The notes: a model not told the origin generated them from the sequence alone. Shown: positions 1-10,341, counted from the first letter of the stretch. The stretch: DNA of 49,163 nucleotides from Candidatus Parcubacteria bacterium (GCA_009995385.1 JAACPT010000003.1:1-49163); one strand, 5' to 3'. A program made the numbers and translations.

Positions 1-788
1 TTTTTCAACAGCTGCTGCAACCCAGGTCGGCGAGATTTTCGCAGTACCTGCAAACCATAGTGTGCTAATACGCGATTCTCCCCGACAAGCGGCACCATGT
101 CAGCAATAGTCGCAATACCCACCATGTCGAGCCACCACTTTTCCCAACCTGGCTTCACCTCATGATTGAGATTCATCAATATTGCTTGTGCCAACTTAAA
201 CACAGTCGCAGCTCCACACAGATACGGAAATGGATACGCTCCAAGTTTTGGGTTTACCACCGCAACGGCAGCGGGTAATTCATCTTCTGGTTCGTGATGA
301 TCAGTAATGATGACATCAATTCCCTTTTCTTTTGCATACTTTACTTCATTAACATTTGAAGTACCACAGTCAATCGTGATGATAAGTTTCACCCCTGTTC
401 CTGCTAATCTATCAATTGCTACCGTACTGAGCCCAAATCCTTCGTAGTGCCGGTGGGGAATATAGTTTTGAAAGTGTTCATATTTAATGGCTTTAAAAAG
501 ATCGTGGAGCACTACCGCACCAGGAATACCATCGCAATCATAGTCACTAAAGATAGCAATTTGCTCATTTTGCGTAATCGCTTCTTTTACACGTACTACC
601 GCCTTCTCCATATCATGAAGCAACAACGGGCTATGCAATTGCGTTTCATAGTTTGGAGTAAGAAATACTTCAGCCGAGACAGTATCCAAAATTCCCCGTG
701 CAATAAGGAGACGATTGATGAGTGGAGAGACGCTACTCAGTATGACCGGTACCGTACCAGTTGTATCTGGAAAATGAAAAACTGCCAT
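1..788 (-). CDS. recJ: Single-stranded-DNA-specific exonuclease RecJ, N-terminal part (the rest of the gene lies left of the window)
   Basis: Absent from the ORF track because it runs off the window edge. My reverse-strand translation from ATG 788-786 gives MAVFHFPDTTG...FSDYDCDGIPGAVVL...IITIDCGTS...DVIITDHHEP...GAATVFKLA...GIATIADMVPL, which are the DHH-family motifs in RecJ order. An in-frame stop at 834-836 fixes the start. Confidence 0.85.
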   Translation of the reverse strand, partial: MAVFHFPDTTGTVPVILSSVSPLINRLLIARGILDTVSAEVFLTPNYETQLHSPLLLHDMEKAVVRVKEAITQNEQIAIFSDYDCDGIPGAVVLHDLFKAIKYEHFQNYIPHRHYEGFGLSTVAIDRLAGTGVKLIITIDCGTSNVNEVKYAKEKGIDVIITDHHEPEDELPAAVAVVNPKLGAYPFPYLCGAATVFKLAQAILMNLNHEVKPGWEKWWLDMVGIATIADMVPLVGENRVLAHYGLQVLRKSRRPGLQQLLK

Positions 789-820
789 GATGATGTTCCA
801 TATGGTACCATTCCTAGTAT

Positions 821-1240
821 ATGAGCACCATTTTCACAAAAATAATCAACCAGGAAATACCCGGACATTTTGTCTATGAAGACAAAATATGTGTCGTATT
901 GATGGATAAGTTTCCCGCGGTACCAGGGCAAACGCTCGTCATCCCAAAAAAAGCAGTCGACTATTTATTCGACCTTGATGCAGAAACGTACCACCATCTT
1001 TTTACTATCGCCAAAAAAGTCGCTCAAGCATCTGACATGACATTCAATACAATTCGCACCTGTCTTGTTATCGAAGGATTTGAAGTACCCCATGTACACC
1101 TACGACTGTACCCCATGACTAAAAAAGAAAGTCTGGGACAGACAATGCTGCGACAGCAAGAAGCAAGCGACGAGATTCTCGCTCTAGAAGCAGCAAAAAT
1201 AAAACGTGCGTTGGAGCAAGTTGAAGCAGTCTCTAGTTAA
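821..1240 (+). CDS. HIT-family (histidine triad) nucleotide hydrolase
   Basis: 139 aa. Has the FTKIINQEIP N-terminus and the histidine triad VPHVHLRLYP, both typical of Hint/HIT proteins. Divergent from recJ with a 32 bp spacer. Confidence 0.85.
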   Translation: MSTIFTKIINQEIPGHFVYEDKICVVLMDKFPAVPGQTLVIPKKAVDYLFDLDAETYHHLFTIAKKVAQASDMTFNTIRTCLVIEGFEVPHVHLRLYPMTKKESLGQTMLRQQEASDEILALEAAKIKRALEQVEAVSS

Positions 1241-1264
1241 AAACAATCAGCTATTTAGAAGAAT

Positions 1265-1301
1265 AAAAAGGACCGGCGCCATAAGGCGCCGGTCCTTTTT
1301 A
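1265..1301. terminator. Bidirectional rho-independent terminator between the HIT gene and pgk
   Basis: AGGACCGGCGCC-ATAA-GGCGCCGGTCCT forms a 12 bp GC-rich stem, with an A-run on the left and a T-run on the right. It sits between convergent genes. Confidence 0.75.
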
Positions 1302-1313
1302 TTCTGCTTATTG

Positions 1314-2441
1314 TTATTCTTCTTCAAGAAGATCAAGAACTGGAGTAGAACCGTTTTCCAAGAAAGTAAGCATCGAGCCACCACCAACAGAGACAAAACT
1401 AAACAGCTCATTAATACGCATCTTTTCTACAGCGGCGACTGTGTCACCACCACCGAGCACTGAATACGCATCAGCGGCAGCGATATGTCGTGCCGTGATT
1501 TCTGTGCTCTGTTCGTACCCATACTCATAAGCACCAAACGGACCATTCCATAGAATGGTTTTTGCTTTTTCAATATACGTCTCCAACATTGCAATGGTCA
1601 TCGGTCCACAATCAAATATCTTCTCGTCTTTAGTCACCGTGTCAGGAGTTTTGGTTAACCTTCCTTCTGGACCTTCGACAATCACATCAATCGGGACCAG
1701 CAATTTTTTACTGTTTAAGAATGTAGATCCCTTTAATGAAACATCTGATACCAGTGACTTTCCCGTTTCCCATCCCCGCGCTTTAAAAATATCGTGGGCG
1801 AGGGCTCCACCGATGAACACCTGATCGTATAATTCTAGATACTTCTCAACGAGTGGCATCTTGGTCTCAAACTTCGCACCACCCAGCAAAAACAGTGATG
1901 GTGATTTCGGTTGCATGACTTTTTTTAATTCAGTCACTTCTTCGAACAATGTCAGACCAGCGTACGCGGGCAGTATCTTGGCAACGCCGTACGTCGAGGC
2001 GTGTTCACGGTGCGCTTCTGCAAACGCATCATTCACGTATATTTCTCCCAAAGAAGCCAGATGAGTAACAAAAACTGAATCGTTATTTTCCTCACCGTCA
2101 TGTTGGCGTAGATTTTCTGCGAGGAGGATATCACCATCGTTCATAAGTTCCATTCGTTGTCTAAATCCCTCCGTCATTACATTTCCTCCCCAGTGGAGCG
2201 GAAGATATCGTTCTAATTCATCAAAAATTGGTCGTAAAGTTTCTTCTGGCTCTCTGCCAATGTGGGCGAGAACAATTATTTTTGCTCCTTGCTCACGCAA
2301 ATAACGCATCGTTGGTAATGCTCGCTTGAGACGTAGGCGATTTTGTATCACCCCATTCTTAAGTGGAATATTGAGCGAAGCTCGCAGTAGCACACGCTTT
2401 CCACGAAGCTCCTTAAGATCAGTGACTTTTTTCATGCTCAT
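1314..2441 (-). CDS. pgk: Phosphoglycerate kinase
   Basis: 375 aa with RASLNIPL, NDAFAEAHR and GGGDTVAAV motifs. The start overlaps the tpiA stop (ATGA). Confidence 0.95.
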   Translation of the reverse strand: MSMKKVTDLKELRGKRVLLRASLNIPLKNGVIQNRLRLKRALPTMRYLREQGAKIIVLAHIGREPEETLRPIFDELERYLPLHWGGNVMTEGFRQRMELMNDGDILLAENLRQHDGEENNDSVFVTHLASLGEIYVNDAFAEAHREHASTYGVAKILPAYAGLTLFEEVTELKKVMQPKSPSLFLLGGAKFETKMPLVEKYLELYDQVFIGGALAHDIFKARGWETGKSLVSDVSLKGSTFLNSKKLLVPIDVIVEGPEGRLTKTPDTVTKDEKIFDCGPMTIAMLETYIEKAKTILWNGPFGAYEYGYEQSTEITARHIAAADAYSVLGGGDTVAAVEKMRINELFSFVSVGGGSMLTFLENGSTPVLDLLEEE

Positions 2442-3196
2442 GATACGGCTTTTATAATAGCGGCAAAATCATCGGCTTTAAGACTAGCGCCCCCCACTAA
2501 AAACCCCCCCATGTCCCCTTCCTTATGCAACGAGGCGGCATTATCAGGTTTAACTGATCCACCATACAATACTGGAACCATCTTTGCTGTCGCTCGGTCG
2601 TACAGTTTTGTCAGCACGGTCTCGATAAACAGTTGCATCTCTTTGACATCTTCTACTGTTGCTGTCTTTCCCGTACCAATTGCCCAGATCGGTTCGTATG
2701 CAATCACGATTTTCTTGATCGCTACTGCCGGTAACACTTCTGCTAGACTGCGTAATTGATTTTCAATAAAAGTGAAGAAATCACCATGTTCATCTCGTGC
2801 TCGCTCTCCAATGCAAACGACTGGAGTAAGTTGGTGCTTCAACACCGTTTGCACTTTTTGACAGACGAGGTCATCAGTCTCACCAAGCGCACGTCGCTCA
2901 GAGTGACCAACAATAATGTATTCCGCCCCGAGATCCTTTAGCTGCAAAATTGACACCTCCCCTGTAAAAGGACCAATCACTTCTGTGTAGACATCTTGTG
3001 CAGCCAATATAACAGCACTTTTTTTTATCTTCTTCCCCACTTCAGCCAGATATGGAAATGGTGGAGCAATTACCACAATTGGTGCCGCTACGGTTTTTTG
3101 TTTACGAGCGATTGCACTAGCTAAGAGACTGGCGTCAACCAGTGTGACCGGATTTAGTTTCCAATTACCAATAACCAACGGTACGGTTTTTTTCAT
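2438..3196 (-). CDS. tpiA: Triosephosphate isomerase
   Basis: Has GNWKLN, IVGHSERR and AYEPIWAIGTG motifs. I trimmed the track ORF (2438..3271) to the ATG at 3196 (MKKTVPLVIGNWKLN), because the extra 25 N-terminal residues have no TIM counterpart. Confidence 0.9.
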   Translation of the reverse strand: MKKTVPLVIGNWKLNPVTLVDASLLASAIARKQKTVAAPIVVIAPPFPYLAEVGKKIKKSAVILAAQDVYTEVIGPFTGEVSILQLKDLGAEYIIVGHSERRALGETDDLVCQKVQTVLKHQLTPVVCIGERARDEHGDFFTFIENQLRSLAEVLPAVAIKKIVIAYEPIWAIGTGKTATVEDVKEMQLFIETVLTKLYDRATAKMVPVLYGGSVKPDNAASLHKEGDMGGFLVGGASLKADDFAAIIKAVS

Positions 3197-3252
3197 ACCT
3201 AAAGATTGTAGCATGACAAAAAAGCAATACGCCTCGCGTATTGCTTTTTCCA

Positions 3253-4698
3253 CTATCCCTCCTGCTTCCATTCAGTGAATAAATATACATCAGAAGTTTC
3301 TGGAGTGAGCGGTGGTGGATCATTTACTTGATTCTGATCAAATGAAGTAACACGATTTTCAAACCCTGAACTGTACGATCCACAACTTGTGCCAGTCCAC
3401 TTCGTTCCAACCCGACCATTTGAGACGACACTGCCATACCGAGTGAGGGTATCCTGACAGACATAAGGATCAAGCGATGAAGGAAGTCCGTATCCGCCAG
3501 ATGTCACATAGTGATTTCTCCCAAATCGACCATTTTGAGCTATGTAAATACCATTTACCTGCAAATTATCTGGCACCTTCAAGCCAATATCAATATCATC
3601 CTCAGCGATAGCTACTAGACCGGCATCTGTACCTACATAATTTACATTATTATTAACTACAATATTAGTTTGGCTACCCAAAGAAAGATTAGCTGCTGCT
3701 AATGCCACCTTCTGGGACACGTCACCTTCAAGCCACACCTTATCTTCAAAAAACAAGAGTGGACAAGCAGTATCGATAGTTTTTGTCGCTACAAACGATG
3801 AAGCACTTATGACATTACGTTCTGTGTTATGCCAACCTTCTTCAGAAGAATACGCCCAGTAGCTGGTGGTATTTGTAATTTTACGGATGGTCACCGTATT
3901 ATCGCCATTAAAAATCACTTGGTACCCATAGCTACCAGATGGACCGTAGTAAATACCACCACTGTTTTTTGCCTTATTCTTCATATCATTCAAATCAAGA
4001 GTCAGCCCAGCAAAATCAACTGGTGAAGTCGGGAAGGAGAAAAGACCTGGTGTTGCATTACCACCAGTCGTGTACACTCCATCTACATTTTGATTTGGAT
4101 TACACCCAAATGAACTTGTGCACGTCCAAGTTGCTTGTCCAGACCCTACAAATGAATTATGGTGCCCATCCATACGGATACCTTGGTTTGAATGCACTGG
4201 TCCAGAGATTACTCGATCGCTACCGTACCAAACACTCCCATTGGTGATGAAAGAATATTCAGCTACAGTTGGTCGGGAATAACGAGCACTGACAGTGCTC
4301 ACGGCACCAGGATTGGCATACGTAAATGCTGAGGAAGTCACTTCGATTGAGGCGACACTTCCGCAGTAGGTGCTACTTGAGATAGAAAGCGAAAATTCGC
4401 CAATCGGTCCACCTTCCGGATCATTATAGACATGGACGTATGGACCAGGAAGACCCGTTCCGTCAGTGACATCACTCGGATAGTGTGCCAAATACCATTT
4501 ATAGTAATTAAGACCAGCTTCTGCTATATCAGTAGCGCGATGTTGTTCGTACCGAAAGTTCACTATTCTATTTTGAGTAATCACATACCCAACAAAAGAA
4601 GTAAGGATGGTCATAAATACTCCTCCCATCACTAAAACCAATATGAGCAAGGCTCCTCTTGATCGCTTCTGTTGTCGTCGAATGACTGTTGTACTCAT
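3253..4698 (-). CDS. PilX-like pilus-associated protein (N-terminal membrane anchor, large Gly/Ser/Thr/Asn-rich extracellular part)
   Basis: 481 aa. The N-terminus RSRGALLILVLVMGGVFMTILTSFVGYV resembles the PilX N-terminal domain and lacks the pilin Glu5. It is the last gene of the pilB-pilC-pilin operon, with 2 nt gaps to its neighbours. Confidence 0.55.
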   Translation of the reverse strand: MSTTVIRRQQKRSRGALLILVLVMGGVFMTILTSFVGYVITQNRIVNFRYEQHRATDIAEAGLNYYKWYLAHYPSDVTDGTGLPGPYVHVYNDPEGGPIGEFSLSISSSTYCGSVASIEVTSSAFTYANPGAVSTVSARYSRPTVAEYSFITNGSVWYGSDRVISGPVHSNQGIRMDGHHNSFVGSGQATWTCTSSFGCNPNQNVDGVYTTGGNATPGLFSFPTSPVDFAGLTLDLNDMKNKAKNSGGIYYGPSGSYGYQVIFNGDNTVTIRKITNTTSYWAYSSEEGWHNTERNVISASSFVATKTIDTACPLLFFEDKVWLEGDVSQKVALAAANLSLGSQTNIVVNNNVNYVGTDAGLVAIAEDDIDIGLKVPDNLQVNGIYIAQNGRFGRNHYVTSGGYGLPSSLDPYVCQDTLTRYGSVVSNGRVGTKWTGTSCGSYSSGFENRVTSFDQNQVNDPPPLTPETSDVYLFTEWKQEG

Positions 4699-4700
4699 AC

Positions 4701-5312
4701 TTATAGATTATCCTTCAAGTTCCGTGGTGCAATACTTGACCTGAGCATAAATTCCCCCGGTGACCGGAGTGGGTCAATATTAACAATCAGTTGCATACGC
4801 ACGTAGCGTACATCGATGATTGGTGATGAAGCATTGAGTTCATTTCCGTCATTGTCATAATAAAAAAATGTAGAAGTGCCTTGATTACTATTTTGTACAT
4901 AAAATGAAAGGCTTTCTTCTGAGTCAGGAGTGGTACTGTACGTGGGCGGTACACCCACTGCATTATACGTGTACTTGGTGAGCGTGGTAGTGGATAGGAC
5001 ATACTCAACATACTCAACCGAATCATCTTGGTCAGTATCACTGTAATAGCCAAATCGATGTGCTTCAATTACTGCTACAGGATAGGTACCATCTTCTCCA
5101 GTAATCATTTCTTTTGTGTCCCGATTCCACTGTGTGATACCACGTCTGGCATTGTCAACCTCTTCCGCTTGAGCGATCGAGTAGGCACTACTTCGATATA
5201 AATTAAAAATACTTCCGGTGATTGATAGTAGCAGCATAACAAATATTCCAATCATCACGATGGTCTCCACCAACGTCATTCCTGCTTGAGCTTTTTTATC
5301 AAAAAATCGCAT
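4701..5312 (-). CDS. Prepilin-type N-terminal cleavage/methylation domain protein (minor pilin / pseudopilin-like)
   Basis: 203 aa. The N-terminus KAQAG|MTLVETIVMIGIFVMLLL matches the class III signal G|(F/M)TLxE followed by a hydrophobic helix. Confidence 0.75.
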   Translation of the reverse strand: MRFFDKKAQAGMTLVETIVMIGIFVMLLLSITGSIFNLYRSSAYSIAQAEEVDNARRGITQWNRDTKEMITGEDGTYPVAVIEAHRFGYYSDTDQDDSVEYVEYVLSTTTLTKYTYNAVGVPPTYSTTPDSEESLSFYVQNSNQGTSTFFYYDNDGNELNASSPIIDVRYVRMQLIVNIDPLRSPGEFMLRSSIAPRNLKDNL

Positions 5313-5313
5313 T

Positions 5314-7071
5314 TTATTGAGACAAAATTACCGTCGTGACCGTATCACCACCCACCGTAAACGACGACGCATTATATGAAACATACCCAGTCGCACTGAC
5401 GCCAATAGTGTAATCACTATCTGGCGTTACCCCACCAGTGAAGAATGCTTGTCCACAGACATCCGTCAAAATCGTAGTGTTGTATCCTGCTCTCGTTATA
5501 TGCACCGCGGCACCTGGTATTGCTCGACCCAACGTATCAAACACTGATACTCTAACTGTATTAGCAGTATCGGCGACAAGTAACAATTCTGTCTTGCCGT
5601 GCTCACCACCACGATGCACATACGAGTGAGCAGGACACGATCGAGCGATGTCATAACCTCCAAAATTTAACGTGTAGGTATCAGACTCAAGATCTACTAC
5701 CGTCAATTCACCCGAAGCATCTGTACTAGTACTAACACTGTATTTGTATATCGGTTGCATGGCAGCATCGGTACCAATAATTTTATTACCTCGAATCGAA
5801 AAAGCAGTATTGGAAAGAACATTCTCACTCTCTCGATAGAACACCGACACCTCATCGAGCTCAGGTGTCACGCTACTATTCGTCGTTTCCAGAGTAATAC
5901 CAACATAAATCGTTGGATACGTAATTGGATCAAGAGCTGAAATATCAAATATTGTGTCCGAAAAGCCAGTAGCATTTCCAGGCAAGTCACCATCTGGAAT
6001 CAATGTAAATGGACCAGGGGTAGCACCAGTATAGAATTGTACTCGATACAAAGTGTTAGCTGGTATATCGGCCGCTACACGAACAACCTGCCACGCCTGA
6101 AGTGGTGTTGGTGTAATCGGTCCAAGATAGGCAAATCCACTCGTTTCGTATACTCCGAAATTATCCATCAACACTAGGTCACCACCTGCTGCCACTTGGG
6201 AAGAGCTAGCCACCGCTAGTAAATCGGCGAAAGTTTCCTGGAACACATTTTCATTAACTACTGATCTAGTTACAATATCCAAATCACTCAATTCACTGAT
6301 TTGAAAAGTGAGTGTCGATACATCAGACTCCAACACCGAGAATGGCGCCACTAGTGGGTTAGGATTAGAGGTAGTAGCGATATATGTTTTGTCGGTCGAG
6401 TATACATGACCACCGATGTTGGCAGTTACCTCAACTTGATAATCACTCCCTGCTGGCGCACCAGAAAATAGTGCCGCCCCACTAGCATCAGTGACCCGAG
6501 TGACATCGATTTGTGGTACAAGCCCGTCATTAAATAATCGGACAGTCGCCCCCTGCAGTAATGCAGAATTGGCATCGATTACATTAATTCTAACTGTTCC
6601 ACCTCCCGCGGTAGTCTCCACTGACCGAGGCATGATGTCACTGACTGAAATAATATTGTATGTTTCTCCGCGAATTTCCCACGTATACATAAGTTTCACT
6701 CGTTTATAGTCAGATGGAATACCGTTAGCATCAGCAGCTCCCTGACCATCGGCAGCATCATCGACATACTCAACCAGTACTTTCTCGGTGAATTCAATGC
6801 CGTTTAAAGAGGTGGTACTATTCTGTGGAATCGTACCAGGAGGAATACCGAGAATCGTACCGATATCGTTATATGGAAGTGAACGAAAGTACTCCATACG
6901 GTCGTTTGCAACTGCCAGAGCACTCAGTTTGGCACGTGAAGCACTGACTAAATCTAATGAATATTTTAATGAACCAAACAGTGCGCCAAAAATGATTACT
7001 GATAATGCCGATACAATAATCAATTCGACGAGTGTAAATCCAGCATTTTTTATTGGTAATAATTGAGACAT
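5314..7071 (-). CDS. Very large prepilin-motif protein with two carboxypeptidase-regulatory-like (CarboxypepD_reg) beta-sandwich segments
   Basis: 585 aa. The N-terminus KNAG|FTLVELIIVSALSVIIFG is a prepilin signal. Internal segments GATVRLFNDG...TDASGAALFSG...GSDYQVEV and GAAVHITRAGYNTTILTDVCGQAFFTGGVTPDSDYTIGVSATGY fit the CarboxypepD_reg pattern. Confidence 0.7.
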   Translation of the reverse strand: MSQLLPIKNAGFTLVELIIVSALSVIIFGALFGSLKYSLDLVSASRAKLSALAVANDRMEYFRSLPYNDIGTILGIPPGTIPQNSTTSLNGIEFTEKVLVEYVDDAADGQGAADANGIPSDYKRVKLMYTWEIRGETYNIISVSDIMPRSVETTAGGGTVRINVIDANSALLQGATVRLFNDGLVPQIDVTRVTDASGAALFSGAPAGSDYQVEVTANIGGHVYSTDKTYIATTSNPNPLVAPFSVLESDVSTLTFQISELSDLDIVTRSVVNENVFQETFADLLAVASSSQVAAGGDLVLMDNFGVYETSGFAYLGPITPTPLQAWQVVRVAADIPANTLYRVQFYTGATPGPFTLIPDGDLPGNATGFSDTIFDISALDPITYPTIYVGITLETTNSSVTPELDEVSVFYRESENVLSNTAFSIRGNKIIGTDAAMQPIYKYSVSTSTDASGELTVVDLESDTYTLNFGGYDIARSCPAHSYVHRGGEHGKTELLLVADTANTVRVSVFDTLGRAIPGAAVHITRAGYNTTILTDVCGQAFFTGGVTPDSDYTIGVSATGYVSYNASSFTVGGDTVTTVILSQ

Positions 7072-7080
7072 ACTAGTAGA

Positions 7081-8310
7081 TTATTTCAATCCATCAGATA
7101 TCGAATAGATCGGTGCGATAAGTGCCAAGGCAAAAAATCCAACTGTCGCACCGATTACCACCATAAGGATTGGTTCGACGATTGTAGATAAGTCTTTAGT
7201 TTTTCGTTCTACTTCTGTTTCGTAGAAGATTGCTAACTCACCCAACATACCAGCTATCTGTCCCGTCTCTTCTCCTACCAGGATCATCTCTCCTACCAAA
7301 ATTGGGTAGAGGTCTTTTCGTTCAATAAACGTCTCCGATAGGGATGTCCCTTTCTCTACACGCGCGGCAGCATCAGCTAAAACTTCTTTGTAAAAAACAT
7401 TTTGTAGGACTTCCTCCGTGATATTAATTGACCGAATCACATCAACACCGGAATTGAGTAGCGAAGAAAGTGTTCGAGCGGTGCGGGCAGCGTTGGTCTC
7501 TTTGGCGAGATTACCAATGACTGGTAAACGTACGATTAGCCATGACGAAGCGATTTTTCCCCACTTCGTGCGAAGAAAATATATAAAACCACCTATCAGC
7601 CCAAAAATCCCCCCAAGTGCAAAGACCGTGTAGTTAACCAAAAAATCACTAACTCCAATCAGGATACTTGTCGTGGCAGGAAGCTCTTTATTCATTCCTT
7701 TAAACACACCAGTTATTTGTGGCATCACGTAAATCATCATCAAAATACCAATAACAAACATGACCGTAACCACAATAGCAGGATAAATCATCGCTCCCTT
7801 CACCTTCTTCTTTAAATTTGAAGCTCGTTCCATCTGAATAGCCAGGGTCTTTAGTGATTCTGCTAAATTCCCGCTCTCTTCTCCTGCTCGCACCATAGAG
7901 ACATAAAGATTATCAAAAGTCTCTGGAAATTCCTTAAGAGTTTCATTAAAAGGGTCACCTTGATTAATGCGCTCGATGACACGTTTTACCACTCCTGTAA
8001 GTCGCGGGTTACTACTTTGTCGCTCGATAACAGAAAGCGCTCGCGTGACGGTAAGTCCAGCAATAAGCATCGAACCAAGATTACGAGTCACCATCACTAA
8101 TTCATCCTCCTTCACTCGACTCATCAAAAAATTGATGCGTTCCATGTTCCAAGCACTCCCCAACTTCAACTTTCCAGGAGCACCAATTGAGGATACGGTG
8201 TGTCCTTGATCACGAGCAATAGAGTAGACAGCAAACCGATCATCGGCTTCCACGGTATTAATGACCTTCTTTCCTTCATGGTCTTCTCCAGTGTATGTGA
8301 ATTTTGCCAT
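7081..8310 (-). CDS. pilC: Type IV pilus assembly platform protein PilC (GspF family)
   Basis: 409 aa with two repeated GspF-type domains (SMLIAGLTVTRAL / SLLNSGVDVIRSI), three TM segments and a C-terminal ALIAPIYSI. Confidence 0.9.
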   Translation of the reverse strand: MAKFTYTGEDHEGKKVINTVEADDRFAVYSIARDQGHTVSSIGAPGKLKLGSAWNMERINFLMSRVKEDELVMVTRNLGSMLIAGLTVTRALSVIERQSSNPRLTGVVKRVIERINQGDPFNETLKEFPETFDNLYVSMVRAGEESGNLAESLKTLAIQMERASNLKKKVKGAMIYPAIVVTVMFVIGILMMIYVMPQITGVFKGMNKELPATTSILIGVSDFLVNYTVFALGGIFGLIGGFIYFLRTKWGKIASSWLIVRLPVIGNLAKETNAARTARTLSSLLNSGVDVIRSINITEEVLQNVFYKEVLADAAARVEKGTSLSETFIERKDLYPILVGEMILVGEETGQIAGMLGELAIFYETEVERKTKDLSTIVEPILMVVIGATVGFFALALIAPIYSISDGLK

Positions 8311-8315
8311 AGTAT

Positions 8316-10064
8316 TTATTCGCTAACGACTCGAAGTACTTCTTCAATGCTAGTAAGACCCTGAGCGGCTTTGAAAATACCATCTTCAATCATCGTGAGC
8401 ATTCCTTCTTTTTTTGCTTGCGCTTCAATCTCATCTCCGGTTTTTCCTTGCATCACCATATCTTTAATAGTCGGTGACATCTCTAGAACCTCATGGATTC
8501 CCATTCGACCTTTATACCCATCTTCTGTTTCCCCTCGTTCTTTAGGGTGATAGAAAGGAATATCATTCCAGGTGGCATCAGCTTTTACAATCCCTTCTTC
8601 TTTTAAGGTTTTTAAAACATGATCTAGATTGACTTTCTTTCCTATCTCGTCTCGCTCTGCTTTGGTAAGAGTGTATGAAAGACGATCAGCTGATAACTTT
8701 CGAACCAAACGTTGTCCGACTGCCACCCGAAGCGTAGAGACGAGCAAAAATGCTTCCGCACCCATATCAACCAAACGAGCAATGGTACCAGCGGCCGAGT
8801 TAGTATGGAGCGTCGCAAGTACCAAGTGACCAGTAAGCGCAGCATTGATTGCCAAGCTAGCGGTTTCTTCATCACGAATTTCTCCCACCATAATAATATC
8901 GGGGTCTTGACGCATCAGTGAGCGGAGACCAGCCGCAAATGTAAATCCAATTTCTGGCTTTACCTGCGATTGGTTAACACGCACCATCTGATATTCAATT
9001 GGATCTTCGATTGTTGAGATATTTACTTCCGGCGTATTGACGATATCGAGGATTGTATACAAAGAAGTGGATTTACCCGAACCAGTCGGGCCAGTGACCA
9101 AAATAATTCCAGTTGTAGCGCGAGTGGCACGGTGTATACGATCGAGTGTTGTACCATGAAACCCAATTCCTTCTAGCGAAAAGCCACTGCGGTTTTCTCG
9201 AAGCAAACGCATAACGACTTTCTCACCATAAAAAACTGGCAACATCGAGACACGAAAGGCAACCTTCTGCCCATCCATCTCCATTTTAAAACGACCATCT
9301 TGCGGTAAACGCTTTTGGTCAAGCTTCAAAGCTGAAAGTACTTTAAGTCGTGCCACGATACTATCGGCAGCAATCTTAGGCAGTTTCATCGCGTCATTTA
9401 AGATACCGTCAATGCGATATCGTACCAATACCTCTTCTTCCATTGGCTCAATATGAATATCTGAAGCACCCTGGATAATTGCATGACGAAGTAACGTATC
9501 AACAATACGCACAACTGGTAAATCCTCCGCCATTTTTTTAAGAGCATGTTCACTCACCTCATCTCCGTCTTCACTCAATATCTTAAGTTCTGAAGCATCC
9601 TTCATGATGAGATCCCCAAACTCATCTTTCAGCGTTTTTTGGTATTGCCGAAGCGCAAACCGCATGGAATCGGTATCGGTCAGTCTCGGCTGGATACGGA
9701 GCTCGACCTTTTTTTTAATGAAATCGATAGCCGGCAAATCAGCGGTATCGAGCATGGCGACTTCGAGTGTTTCATTAGTTTTTTTATACGCAATAATATT
9801 GTGATTGCGTGCCACTGGCTCAGGGATAAGTGTCAATGTCTCAAAATCGATCTTCATGTTCTTCAGCGACACGAACGGAATACCGAGCACATATGATTCA
9901 ACGCGGCGAATGTCGTCCTCCGTCATGTGTCCATGTGCAACCAGTGCTTCACTAAGTGTCCGATCTTCTTCTTTGGCGATTTTTTCAGCAGCACTAATGT
10001 CCGCTTTGGTAATAAGCCCCGCGTCAAGAATAAATCGTTTAAGTTGTTCGTCTTGGATACGCAT
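8316..10064 (-). CDS. pilB: Type IV pilus assembly ATPase PilB (GspE family)
   Basis: 582 aa with Walker A GPTGSGKST, Asp box, Walker B DPDIIMVGEIRD and His box LATLHTN, plus an N-terminal GSPII_E_N-like domain. Confidence 0.9.
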   Translation of the reverse strand: MRIQDEQLKRFILDAGLITKADISAAEKIAKEEDRTLSEALVAHGHMTEDDIRRVESYVLGIPFVSLKNMKIDFETLTLIPEPVARNHNIIAYKKTNETLEVAMLDTADLPAIDFIKKKVELRIQPRLTDTDSMRFALRQYQKTLKDEFGDLIMKDASELKILSEDGDEVSEHALKKMAEDLPVVRIVDTLLRHAIIQGASDIHIEPMEEEVLVRYRIDGILNDAMKLPKIAADSIVARLKVLSALKLDQKRLPQDGRFKMEMDGQKVAFRVSMLPVFYGEKVVMRLLRENRSGFSLEGIGFHGTTLDRIHRATRATTGIILVTGPTGSGKSTSLYTILDIVNTPEVNISTIEDPIEYQMVRVNQSQVKPEIGFTFAAGLRSLMRQDPDIIMVGEIRDEETASLAINAALTGHLVLATLHTNSAAGTIARLVDMGAEAFLLVSTLRVAVGQRLVRKLSADRLSYTLTKAERDEIGKKVNLDHVLKTLKEEGIVKADATWNDIPFYHPKERGETEDGYKGRMGIHEVLEMSPTIKDMVMQGKTGDEIEAQAKKEGMLTMIEDGIFKAAQGLTSIEEVLRVVSE

Positions 10065-10271
10065 ATACTATAATGAACAAGAAATGTACTGACTACTGTG
10101 ATTTTGGTTTGCTTCACCCGGTACCTTTTTTAGGTACCGTACCGCTACATAATTTGCAATCAAACACCCCTACCCCTGGTACGAGTTACAGTAAGTATAC
10201 CACCGCCCAACACGCACATGGCTGAGATGTACACGACTACCCAGTACTTTCGGTAGAAACCGTACTCTGTT

Positions 10272-10300
10272 TTGACTTTTCTTTTTTGCAAGAGTACAAT
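10272..10300 (+). promoter_or_regulatory. Candidate sigma-70 promoter for nusA (TTGACT-17-TACAAT)
   Basis: TTGACT at 10272-10277, an exact 17 nt spacer, and TACAAT at 10295-10300, about 150 nt upstream of the nusA ATG. Confidence 0.45.
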
Positions 10301-10318
10301 CTTTTTATCTGACGATGA

Positions 10319-10341
10319 CTGCTCGGCCTTTGGCCGAGCAG
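10319..10341 (+). promoter_or_regulatory. Strong stem-loop in the putative nusA leader
   Basis: CTGCTCGGCC-TTT-GGCCGAGCAG is a perfect 10 bp GC-rich stem just downstream of the candidate promoter. No U-tract follows it. Confidence 0.4.

Noticed and set aside
447-931. Track ORFs 447..824 (+) and 737..931 (-)
   Set aside because: Both are shadow ORFs. The first lies antisense to a clearly recognisable recJ. The second lies antisense to the start of the HIT gene. Their translations have no recognisable features.
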